Shown one piece after another: positions 10,311 through 18,633 of a stretch of 64,000 bases of DNA. Position numbers and translations under genes: made by a program. The stretch is taken from NCBI GenBank assembly GCA_021734255.1, contig JAIPJM010000012.1:12291-76290 (forward strand), written 5' to 3'. Every line of letters starts with the position of its first letter. Positions within the stretch are counted from its first letter, which is position 1. Origin of the DNA: Fidelibacterota bacterium (GTDB lineage: Bacteria > Fidelibacterota > UBA8477 > JABMPR01). The notes beneath the pieces are model-generated. The model was not told where the DNA came from. It was given only the letters and a program-made list of their open reading frames with translations, and did not search any database.

Positions 10311-10615
10311 GGATTCCTCAATTCAAACTTTGAAGATATCTTTTAAAGGCCCTGCATGGAAGAAATATTTACTCCTTACTTGTTGAGAAGCGCTAATGGT
10401 CCGGCAGGAAAAGTTATCAACATTCCCCCCTCAACCCTTCCTGGTAAAGGCTTATAATTCTGACCTGCCGGTCACCATAAGAATGGTGAGTGATTTTGTC
10501 AGTTAGGCCCGCGCCAGGCGGCGGGATCCCATCCAACAAAAGATGGCTTCTTTGGATAAAGGCGTTAAAATACATGCCTGTTTACATGTATTATCACTGA
10601 AAGGAGCACAGTTTC

Positions 10616-11935
10616 ATGTCACCCAAAACCCTGACCATGATCACCGGGATAAGCCTATTACTAATATCCTGTGTTCAAAATAAACCACAGCCAACGCCTG
10701 CTGAGGGCAACCAACTAAAAACAGGAAGCGTGATCTTCATTCATCCCGATGGCGTCGGCGCAAACACCTGGAACGCGCTCCGCGCATTCAAGGTCGGACC
10801 GGATGCCATGCTGAACTGGGACCGCATGGAAAAGATGGGTGTCTACCGCAGCCACCAGCTGGATGTTCTCGGTACCAGCTCCAATGCCGGTGCAACTGCC
10901 CATGCCTTTGGCGTTAAGGCAGAATACGACGACTATGGGATCGACCCGGATCGACCGATCAATGCCCTTTCTGGAAAGCCCCTGAGTCTTATGCAAGAAG
11001 CGATGGCTGCGGGTATGTCAGTTGCAGCAATCAATACGGGTCACATCAACGAACCGGGCAGTGGTGTTTATCTGGCCAGCGCCAAATATCGTAAATACAA
11101 TGATGAGATCGCAGAGAAGATCATTCGCTCTGGCGCCGACATTCTTCTCAGTGGTGGTGAAAAATTTCTGCTCCCTGAAGGTGTGGAAGGACAGTTCGGA
11201 CCAGGTGGCAGGCAAGACAGTTTGAACCTGATCGAGGTCGCCCAGGCGAATGGCTACACCGTCGTTTATAATCGCACTGACTTTCTGGCACTACCCACCA
11301 ATGTGGAAAAGGTCCTTGGTGTTTTCGCGCATATTCACACCTTTGACGACCGTAGTGAAGAAGCGCTTGCCGCTGACAATTCCCCCATGTATTCACCCAA
11401 TGCTCCCAGTCTGGTGGAGATGATGGAGGTAAGCCTGCGGATCTTATCTTCGCGTCCCGAACCCTTCCTGATCGTCATGGAAGAAGAGGGCACTGATAAC
11501 TTTGGCAATCACCTGAACGCTACCGGGGTTTTCGAAGCCCTGGGTCGAGCCGATGACGCCATCGGTGTGGTTCTTGAGCATATCGAGGCTAACCCCAACA
11601 CACTGCTCGTGGTCGCTTCCGATAGTGATGCCGGGGGATTGCAGATCGATTTCATTAAAGAAAAAAATTATGGGAAACCTCTAGCTGCAAACACCTCGAG
11701 TGGGTCAGCCCTGGATGGGAAAGACGGGACAGGCTCCCTGCCCTTTACTGCTAAACCTGATCAATACGGAACTGAGTTTGAATTCAGTGTCTGCTGGTCA
11801 ACCAGCCACGATGTGTATGGGGGCGTCATTGCGAAAGCCCACGGTCTCAATGCATCCCGCCTACCCAATAATGTTGACAACACAGATATCTATCGTGTTA
11901 TGTATGCCACGCTTTTTGGAAAATGGCTACCGTAG
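10616..11935 (+). CDS. alkaline phosphatase-family lipoprotein (PhoA-like, divergent)
   Basis: Lipoprotein signal (LLISC). IHPDGVGANTW and GTSSNAGATAHAFGVK resemble the PhoA metal-site and Ser-nucleophile motifs. The assignment is at family level only. Confidence 0.55.
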   Translation: MSPKTLTMITGISLLLISCVQNKPQPTPAEGNQLKTGSVIFIHPDGVGANTWNALRAFKVGPDAMLNWDRMEKMGVYRSHQLDVLGTSSNAGATAHAFGVKAEYDDYGIDPDRPINALSGKPLSLMQEAMAAGMSVAAINTGHINEPGSGVYLASAKYRKYNDEIAEKIIRSGADILLSGGEKFLLPEGVEGQFGPGGRQDSLNLIEVAQANGYTVVYNRTDFLALPTNVEKVLGVFAHIHTFDDRSEEALAADNSPMYSPNAPSLVEMMEVSLRILSSRPEPFLIVMEEEGTDNFGNHLNATGVFEALGRADDAIGVVLEHIEANPNTLLVVASDSDAGGLQIDFIKEKNYGKPLAANTSSGSALDGKDGTGSLPFTAKPDQYGTEFEFSVCWSTSHDVYGGVIAKAHGLNASRLPNNVDNTDIYRVMYATLFGKWLP

Positions 11936-12064
11936 TATACAAATCGAAGTATGACACCGTTCAGCGCAGACAGTTGCCCCTAAACGAAAGTCCAACTTTA
12001 ATCTTACTCGCCAACTAAATTGCCTTCTGTCCACATATAAAACCAGGCATAAGGGGTCTTCCAT

Positions 12065-12970
12065 ATGAATGCAATCAATCTTGACAGCATCACAAAATCC
12101 TTCGATGGATTTACGGCCGTGGATGCGCTCTCACTGCAGGTGCCAACGGGGAGTATCTATGGATTTATTGGCCCCAATGGATCTGGTAAAACGACGACGA
12201 TCCGTATGATCATGAATATCTTCTATCCCGACTCTGGAACTATTCAGATCTTTGGTGAACCCCGCAAAAAGAGCCACTCTGACCGCATCGGATACCTGCC
12301 TGAAGAACGCGGGCTGTATAAGAAAATGAAAGTGCGGGAGCTGCTCAAATTCTATGGGCAGCTCAAGATGGGACGTTCTGTCGCCAGCGAGGTAGACCTG
12401 TGGCTCGAAAAACTGGAGTTGAGTGAGTGGGGCGATAAGAAGGTTGAGGCCTTAAGCAAAGGCATGAGCCAGAAGGTTCAATTTATCGCTACCGTCATCG
12501 CCAACCCGGACCTGGTTATCCTGGATGAGCCCTTCAGTGGGTTGGATCCAGTGAATACCAATACGCTCCTGGAAGCCATGCTGGACCTACAAAAAAACGG
12601 CAAAACCGTCATTTTTAGCACCCATGACATGGCCACGGCAGAGAAGGTGTGTGACTATATATTCATGATCCATAAGGGTAAGAAGGTCCTGGACGGGACC
12701 CTCAATGAGATCCAGGACAAATATGGAAACGACACCCTACGGATACGCTGTGAGCAGGAAGCGCGCAGCCTGGAGTCCATTGATGGTATTGAAAAAGTTC
12801 ACAATTTCGGCCAGCAACAGGAGCTCAGGATGAGACAGGGGGTGGACCATCAGGACATTCTCAAGGAGTTGATGAAGTCAAACAAACTCATCAGCTTTGA
12901 GCTTATGAAGCCATCACTACACGATATTTTTGTGCGAATTGCCAAGGCTCCGGAGGTGGCAAATGTATAA
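12065..12970 (+). CDS. ABC transporter ATP-binding protein
   Basis: Walker A GPNGSGKTT, signature LSKGMSQK, Walker B ILDEP. Confidence 0.85.
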   Translation: MNAINLDSITKSFDGFTAVDALSLQVPTGSIYGFIGPNGSGKTTTIRMIMNIFYPDSGTIQIFGEPRKKSHSDRIGYLPEERGLYKKMKVRELLKFYGQLKMGRSVASEVDLWLEKLELSEWGDKKVEALSKGMSQKVQFIATVIANPDLVILDEPFSGLDPVNTNTLLEAMLDLQKNGKTVIFSTHDMATAEKVCDYIFMIHKGKKVLDGTLNEIQDKYGNDTLRIRCEQEARSLESIDGIEKVHNFGQQQELRMRQGVDHQDILKELMKSNKLISFELMKPSLHDIFVRIAKAPEVANV

Positions 12971-14273
12971 GGTACTGAGACTCACCTTACGCGAGTATGT
13001 GGCTGCGGTAAAGACAAAAGGCTTCATCATCGGATTACTTTTGGCCCCCGTTTTCATGAGCGGAAGTATTATTGCCATGGCTTTGTTAAAAGATCATGTG
13101 GATACCCGTGCCCGGAATATTGCTGTCATTGATCAGTCGGGACAACTCGTCCAGGTTATCGTTGAAGCAGCGGAGCACAGAAACCAGAACGAGATCTTTG
13201 ATGAGGAAACGGGTGAACAGATACAACCAGAATACCTCATCCAGCAATTGGAAACTGAAGCTGATCTTCAAGCCCAGCTCAGCGATCTCTCCAACCAGGT
13301 GCGGGAAGGAGCGTTGCATGCCTTCTTGCTTATTGAACCAAGTGTGGTGCATCCCAATGAGGATCCGGAAAATGCCCAGATCAATTATCACGCAGAAAGC
13401 GCCGCCCTGGACGATATCAGGGGCTGGTTGCGCTGGCCGATCAATAATGAGCTGCGACGGCTTAGGCTAAAAGAAGCCGGGGTTGAAGAAAGCGATATCC
13501 CTGACCTCTTTTTCTGGGTCAGTGTCAATGCCACTGGTCTGCTCGGCATGGATGAGGAAGGCAACATCATCGATGCTGAAGAGACCAATGAGGCACAGGC
13601 GATTGCGGCCCCACTTATCCTGGTCATGTTCATGTTTATGATGGCCATGATGGGAGCGATCCCCCAATTAAGTGCGGTTATGGAAGAGAAGACCCAGAGA
13701 ATTGCGGAAGTCCTGCTTGGCTCCATATCACCCTTTCAGTTCATGGCCGGCAAGGTACTTGGAGGGCTGGCTGTTGCCCTGACAAGCATTCTTGTTTATG
13801 TGGGCGGCGGTATCCTCTTCATGGAATGGCGTGGACTATCCAGCTATATTCCCTATGATGTCCTGCCCTGGTTTTTGGCTAATGCTGTTTTTCTGATCTT
13901 CATGCTGGGATCCATGATGACGGCTCTGGGATCAGTTGCCAATGACGCCAAAGACGCACAGTCACTCTCATTCCCGGCCTTACTGCCCATGATGATCCCC
14001 ATGTTCACCCTCGTGCCAGTCATGAAGGAACCCCTATCCAGTTTTTCCACCTGGCTGTCTCTCATTCCGCCATTTACACCCATGGTCATGACCCTTCGAT
14101 TATCCACACCAGTTACCATCCCAGCCTGGCAACCCTGGGTCGGTCTGATAGGTGTTATTCTTTTCACGCTTCTGGTCATGTGGGGTGGCGCCCGCATTTT
14201 CAGGACGGCTATTCTCATGCAAGGTGTACCACTTAAGTTTTCAAATATCATGAAATGGATGACAAAGGGCTAG
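12963..14273 (+). CDS. ABC-2 family transporter permease (NatB-like, large extracytoplasmic loop)
   Basis: ATG at 12963 follows GGAGG and overlaps the ATPase stop (ATGTATAA). One N-terminal TM, a ~170 aa loop, then 5 TM helices. Confidence 0.75.
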   Translation: MYKVLRLTLREYVAAVKTKGFIIGLLLAPVFMSGSIIAMALLKDHVDTRARNIAVIDQSGQLVQVIVEAAEHRNQNEIFDEETGEQIQPEYLIQQLETEADLQAQLSDLSNQVREGALHAFLLIEPSVVHPNEDPENAQINYHAESAALDDIRGWLRWPINNELRRLRLKEAGVEESDIPDLFFWVSVNATGLLGMDEEGNIIDAEETNEAQAIAAPLILVMFMFMMAMMGAIPQLSAVMEEKTQRIAEVLLGSISPFQFMAGKVLGGLAVALTSILVYVGGGILFMEWRGLSSYIPYDVLPWFLANAVFLIFMLGSMMTALGSVANDAKDAQSLSFPALLPMMIPMFTLVPVMKEPLSSFSTWLSLIPPFTPMVMTLRLSTPVTIPAWQPWVGLIGVILFTLLVMWGGARIFRTAILMQGVPLKFSNIMKWMTKG

Positions 14274-14281
14274 GAGGAAAT

Positions 14282-14818
14282 ATGCCTGTACAAGCCACAA
14301 TTATCTGGGAGAAAATTAAGGGGAAAACCAGAACCTTTGGTTTCAAGTACAGCTCAAAAATTGAAGGTATCATTAAACAAAAAGGTCTCTGGAGCACAGA
14401 GTGTACCGGTACGATTGGTAATCGGGAGATCGTGATCAAGCGTGATCATTTGAATAAGCGCTACCTGCGCATCTATGATGCGAAATCAGAAAAGACCCTG
14501 GCCAGGATCCGCGTGTACTGGAAAGATTTTCAGCGAAACCGGCTGGAATTTGAAGATGGCAAAGTGTACTACTTCAAGTCCTATGATCTTTTCCGGGGTG
14601 CCTGGAGTTGGGTGGGCGAGGACTCCCAACTTGAACAATTCATCTTCCGTGTTGATGGTCTCATGCATCGATCTGGACTGATTGAGGATAAATCAAAAGA
14701 CCTCTCAGCTCTGGAAAGAGATGTGCTACTGCTGTTGGGGTTGAATCTTCAGCGCTTCTACAATGTTTGGTTGATGACCATTGCTATCATTCTGATACTG
14801 ATCATCACCGACCACTAA
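14282..14818 (+). CDS. hypothetical protein with C-terminal TM anchor, translationally coupled to ABC-2 permease
   Basis: AGGAGG RBS 8 nt upstream of ATG at 14282. No recognisable domain. C-terminal helix WLMTIAIILILII. Confidence 0.5.
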   Translation: MPVQATIIWEKIKGKTRTFGFKYSSKIEGIIKQKGLWSTECTGTIGNREIVIKRDHLNKRYLRIYDAKSEKTLARIRVYWKDFQRNRLEFEDGKVYYFKSYDLFRGAWSWVGEDSQLEQFIFRVDGLMHRSGLIEDKSKDLSALERDVLLLLGLNLQRFYNVWLMTIAIILILIITDH

Positions 14819-14933
14819 GTCCAAAGCGGCCGGGGAACCTCAGAATAATCACAGCCTAGACGATACTTGGTGCAGCTGATTGTAGGATCAGCTGCAATAT
14901 CTCTGTTGATTGACCCGCTACTGAAAGCGGGAG

Positions 14934-16463
14934 CTATTCGCCAGTTACCTTGTGCCAGACATTTCCTACAATCAATGTCACGGTGGTTCCGATCAGCGTA
15001 TACCAGGTCCAATTAACCAAGGCTGGTTTCCCCAGAAACATGGGAATCAGAATGATCATTAGCATTACAACGATCCCAGCTGTAAATCCAACAATGGCAC
15101 TGGTCTGCTTGGGACCTTTAAAGAGCACACCCAGCAGGAAGGTCCCCAGTAATCCACCGTAGGTAATGCTGGCGATCCCCAGCGCGATCTCCACGACTGA
15201 AGCCAGCACATTGATGAACAGTAGGGCCACCGACGACAGGACAACGGCCCAGAAAATGGTTAGCATTCTGGAAACCCATAGATCCTTTGTTTCGCTGGTG
15301 TTCTTGCCAAAATAGGGTTTGTATAGATCCATCATGGCCGAGGATGACAGGGAACTCATGCTACCTGCCAGGGTTGACATGGCGGCCGCAAATAAGCCGG
15401 CAATGATAAACCCTTTGACACCGGTGGGCATGTAATTGATGATGAAGAAGGGGAATATTTCATCTGCTTTATGGAATGGTGCTGTTCCAGCCGCCATGTC
15501 CATACCTTTGATCTGAAAAAAGACATATAAGAGTACGCCTACGGTCAAGAAAAGTGCGAACTGGAACATGACGATCACACCACTACCGATGAGGGCTTTT
15601 TTGCTGTCTTTCAAATTTCTGGTTGTCAAGAGCCGCTGGACGATCAGCTGGTCGGTTCCATGCGAGGCCATGGATAGGAAAGTCCCTCCGATAAGCGAAT
15701 TGATCAGCGTGTAGGGCTGTCGGAAGAATTCACCGATACTGGCACCCAGATCTAAATTGAACACTTTGAATTTATTGACGGGTCCAGCCACCTCGATAAC
15801 GGTACTCCACCCATTCGGCAGGGCTCTGAGGATCAAAATACCAGCCAGGAGAGCGCCACCGATGTAAATGATCATCTGAATAAAATCCACCCAGATGATA
15901 CCCTTTACACCGCCTGTGTAGGTATAGATCAGCGTGACGATAGCAATGATAATGATCGAAAGTACGTATATCTCCATGTTCGACCAATTAGCAAAGTAGG
16001 CCGATGTTTTAAAAATAACGGCGATCGGAATAGCAGTAGCAAACAAGCGTACACCATCAGCTGCAACACGGGTGAAGAGAAACACGGTGGAGGCGTAGCT
16101 GCGGGTCTGGTGTCCGAATCTGTTTTCCAACAATTGATATGCAGTACTCAGATTGCCCGTTTTATATGCTGGCAGAAATATGAAACTCACAATGACGCGA
16201 GCGATCAGGTAGCCGATGGTCAACTGCAGAAAGGTCAAGTTAGTCATATAGGCCAGGCCGGGGATGCTGATAAATGTCAATGTGCTGGTTTCGGCGGCAA
16301 CAATGGCAAAGGTCACGGCCCACCAGGGGATATTCGACCCGCCCATGAAATAGTCTTTGATACTCCGTTGTTTACCACCGGAGAAACTTCCAATAATCGC
16401 GATGACCATCAGGTAGCCAACAACGATGAAAACATCCAGTGCCTGAAAACCACTATTCTCCAC
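14934..16463 (-). CDS. sodium:solute symporter family (SSF) transporter
   Basis: 509 aa, ~13 TM, with SSF-type motifs (GG...WW at the N-terminus). Confidence 0.8.
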   Translation of the reverse strand: MENSGFQALDVFIVVGYLMVIAIIGSFSGGKQRSIKDYFMGGSNIPWWAVTFAIVAAETSTLTFISIPGLAYMTNLTFLQLTIGYLIARVIVSFIFLPAYKTGNLSTAYQLLENRFGHQTRSYASTVFLFTRVAADGVRLFATAIPIAVIFKTSAYFANWSNMEIYVLSIIIIAIVTLIYTYTGGVKGIIWVDFIQMIIYIGGALLAGILILRALPNGWSTVIEVAGPVNKFKVFNLDLGASIGEFFRQPYTLINSLIGGTFLSMASHGTDQLIVQRLLTTRNLKDSKKALIGSGVIVMFQFALFLTVGVLLYVFFQIKGMDMAAGTAPFHKADEIFPFFIINYMPTGVKGFIIAGLFAAAMSTLAGSMSSLSSSAMMDLYKPYFGKNTSETKDLWVSRMLTIFWAVVLSSVALLFINVLASVVEIALGIASITYGGLLGTFLLGVLFKGPKQTSAIVGFTAGIVVMLMIILIPMFLGKPALVNWTWYTLIGTTVTLIVGNVWHKVTGE

Positions 16464-16591
16464 AACAACCTCCTCTTTTCATCCAACACACGTCAATAGT
16501 TTTTGTATTTAACCTGAGCAAACAGCTTTGTTTCTCTGCCGCCTCAATCGTTCTGCACTCAATTTTTTGGTTGCCACATCAGAGAGTGTGG

Positions 16592-17068
16592 CTAGCTGGA
16601 AGCCTTCAAATATTTTTCTAAATATTCAAGGGCTTCCCTATATGAATCCACCTTTTTTCCCAGGAACTGGGCGAGGCAGACCTCCTTGGTCACAGAGGTC
16701 TTGCGGAAATCCTCCCGTGCATATATGTCTGAGAGATGCACCTCAACGACAGGAACCTGAATCCCGTCGATAGCATCCCGGATAGCATAGGAATAGTGGG
16801 TTAACGCACCGGGGTTGATAATGAAAGCATCAGCCCATTTACGGCGTCGATGGAGTGTATCAATGATCCGACCTTCGTAATTGGTCTGTATGATCCGGAT
16901 TTCCAGACCCAACTCCCTGGCCTTTTTGCGAATGGCTGAATTGACCTTGTCCAGGGTGAGTGTACCGTATTGTTCAGGATCCCGATTGCCTAAAAGGTTC
17001 AGGTTGGGTCCATGGATGATGAAGATGCGCTTCAGATCCACCCGCTTGATCTTTGATTGGTCTGCCAT
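16592..17068 (-). CDS. aroQ: 3-dehydroquinate dehydratase type II
   Basis: IIHGPNLNLLGNRDPEQYG is the AroQ type II signature. Confidence 0.9.
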   Translation of the reverse strand: MADQSKIKRVDLKRIFIIHGPNLNLLGNRDPEQYGTLTLDKVNSAIRKKARELGLEIRIIQTNYEGRIIDTLHRRRKWADAFIINPGALTHYSYAIRDAIDGIQVPVVEVHLSDIYAREDFRKTSVTKEVCLAQFLGKKVDSYREALEYLEKYLKASS

Positions 17069-17103
17069 GTTACAATCTAAGCGTAGCAGAAAAGAACTGC
17101 ATA

Positions 17104-17136
17104 AATAAAAAAGGCTCTGTTAAAAACAGAGCCTGT
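17104..17136 (-). terminator. rho-independent terminator downstream of lipoprotein gene
   Basis: Hairpin AGGCTCTGTT/AACAGAGCCT (17112-17135). It is followed on the minus transcript by a U-run (A-run 17105-17112 on +). Confidence 0.55.
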
Positions 17137-17154
17137 GAATTCAAATGAATCTGA

Positions 17155-17892
17155 TCAACTCTTGGTGGCCAGTGTTCCTTCTTCCAGGATAACATCGTAT
17201 TGATAGCCGGCTCCAAAATCTTTATTCAAAACCACGGTACCCATGAAAACGACCTCATCACCCACTTTTACCGTTTCCTTGGTTGTCAGGGTAACATCGA
17301 AATTGTCGCCGTGTTTGGTACCATCCTGTAGGTGCACCCAGTTTCTACCCATGATATTGGCGTTAAACTTGGTCACCTTGGCTCTAATGCTCACGGTTTT
17401 GCCGGCATACTTGCCAGGAGAAGCAAAGAGTTCAGCAACGGTTACACCGTCAGATAGTTTGTCCACAGCGATATTGGATTGCTGCTGGATATCTTCACCA
17501 CCATAGGGTGAAACTGAATGTCCTGTCCTGGTCATAGTACTATTTTCAGACTTCAAGAGACCAACAAACCACAAGGATTCGAATGTGCGGTCCAGCTCTT
17601 TTACTTCAAAGTCCTTCATCTCCATTCCCTCGTCAAAGTAGAGAGTCATCCCCACTTCAACAGGTTGATTGGTCGTAGCGATCCAGTACTCTTTTCCATC
17701 TTCTGTCACCCTGAGGTACATGTAAGAGGGAGCCATGACCACTTCTTCCACATGGATCTTGTGACCAGCTGCCATGGCGGCTTCTTTTGCAGCAGGTTGG
17801 CCTGCATCCGTTGCTTCCACTCGTTCTTTGGAGTCGCAAGCGACCAAAACCATGAGAGCAAGCACGAGAATCATTAATATTTTTAAGCGCAT
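17155..17892 (-). CDS. lipoprotein with internal tandem duplication (two BOF/YgiW-like OB-fold halves)
   Basis: Signal plus lipobox (LVAC). Residues ~55-110 and ~180-235 are alignable (…WI/HL…G…V/F…G…). Confidence 0.55.
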   Translation of the reverse strand: MRLKILMILVLALMVLVACDSKERVEATDAGQPAAKEAAMAAGHKIHVEEVVMAPSYMYLRVTEDGKEYWIATTNQPVEVGMTLYFDEGMEMKDFEVKELDRTFESLWFVGLLKSENSTMTRTGHSVSPYGGEDIQQQSNIAVDKLSDGVTVAELFASPGKYAGKTVSIRAKVTKFNANIMGRNWVHLQDGTKHGDNFDVTLTTKETVKVGDEVVFMGTVVLNKDFGAGYQYDVILEEGTLATKS

Positions 17893-17943
17893 AAAGTCAC
17901 TCCATTTTTTGACCCGAGATTATAGGCTAGAAATGACCGAATA

Positions 17944-18546
17944 TCAGGCAGAATTTTCAGTAGCGTCGGATATTATGTTTTCGGCATGTTTTTGTAGTTG
18001 TGGAAAGAACGCTAAAAATCCTTTTTCAATATCAGCATACATCCGATCAATCTCTTCTACGATGCCATGAAACTTATGCTGCATGCGTAGCCGACCTGCC
18101 AGGCCATCCAAAGCCCTGCCGACACCTTCAAGCTCTGTATAGCTTTTGATCCAGTTTCGGCTGATCATCCAGCTCACCACCATTTCCATGCGCTCCGGCA
18201 TGAGATCACGATGTCGCCAGAGGGCATCGTAACACTCACTCACATAAGCGTCTATATTAGGATCATGATGAATGTGGGACCAATTCCGTATCAGAAAGTG
18301 GTCAAATACAACATCCAGAGCGATTCCAGAAAAACGTCTGCGTTCCTTCGTGAATTTAGCTCTAAGTTCCCGAATGATCGGATGCGAGTCTGTATAGACA
18401 TCGATTGCCTGATGCAGGCGAATACCTTCCTGGACAGGGAAAGGCAGGTGTTCGGGTTCCACGTCCCTGACGAAATCACCCATGATGTTTCCCAGTCGGG
18501 ACAGGTCATCGTCAGGAGAGAGGTAAAGATGGGCGAGATAATTCAT
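17944..18546 (-). CDS. acpH: acyl carrier protein phosphodiesterase
   Basis: MNYLAHLYLSPDDDLSRLGNIMGDFVRD is close to the E. coli AcpH N-terminus (MNFLAHLHLA...GNLLADFVRG). Confidence 0.7.
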   Translation of the reverse strand: MNYLAHLYLSPDDDLSRLGNIMGDFVRDVEPEHLPFPVQEGIRLHQAIDVYTDSHPIIRELRAKFTKERRRFSGIALDVVFDHFLIRNWSHIHHDPNIDAYVSECYDALWRHRDLMPERMEMVVSWMISRNWIKSYTELEGVGRALDGLAGRLRMQHKFHGIVEEIDRMYADIEKGFLAFFPQLQKHAENIISDATENSA

Positions 18547-18633
18547 TCACCCTATTCTAATCAGAAACTGTTACTAATAAAGTCTCAATTTCCAGCTATA
18601 CACTCACGTAAATGGTCTGATACTGTGGGTCAA

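Noticed and set aside
10395-10425. Similarity of AAUGGUCCGGCAGGAAAAG to SRP-RNA domain IV (GGUCCGGAAGGAAGCAGC)
   Set aside because: The match covers only ~10 nt. The flanking conserved SRP nucleotides (AGGUCAGG..., GCAGCCAAGGCAG) are absent.
13086-13726. Several 100-124 aa ORFs on both strands inside the ABC-2 permease gene
   Set aside because: Embedded in or antisense to the permease periplasmic-loop coding region. No RBS and no motifs.
14873-14931. Two hairpins (GCAGCTGAT..ATCAGCTGC and CCCGCT..AGCGGG) between the convergent hypothetical gene and the SSF symporter
   Set aside because: The stems are real but neither is followed by a convincing U-run on either strand, so they are not called as terminators.
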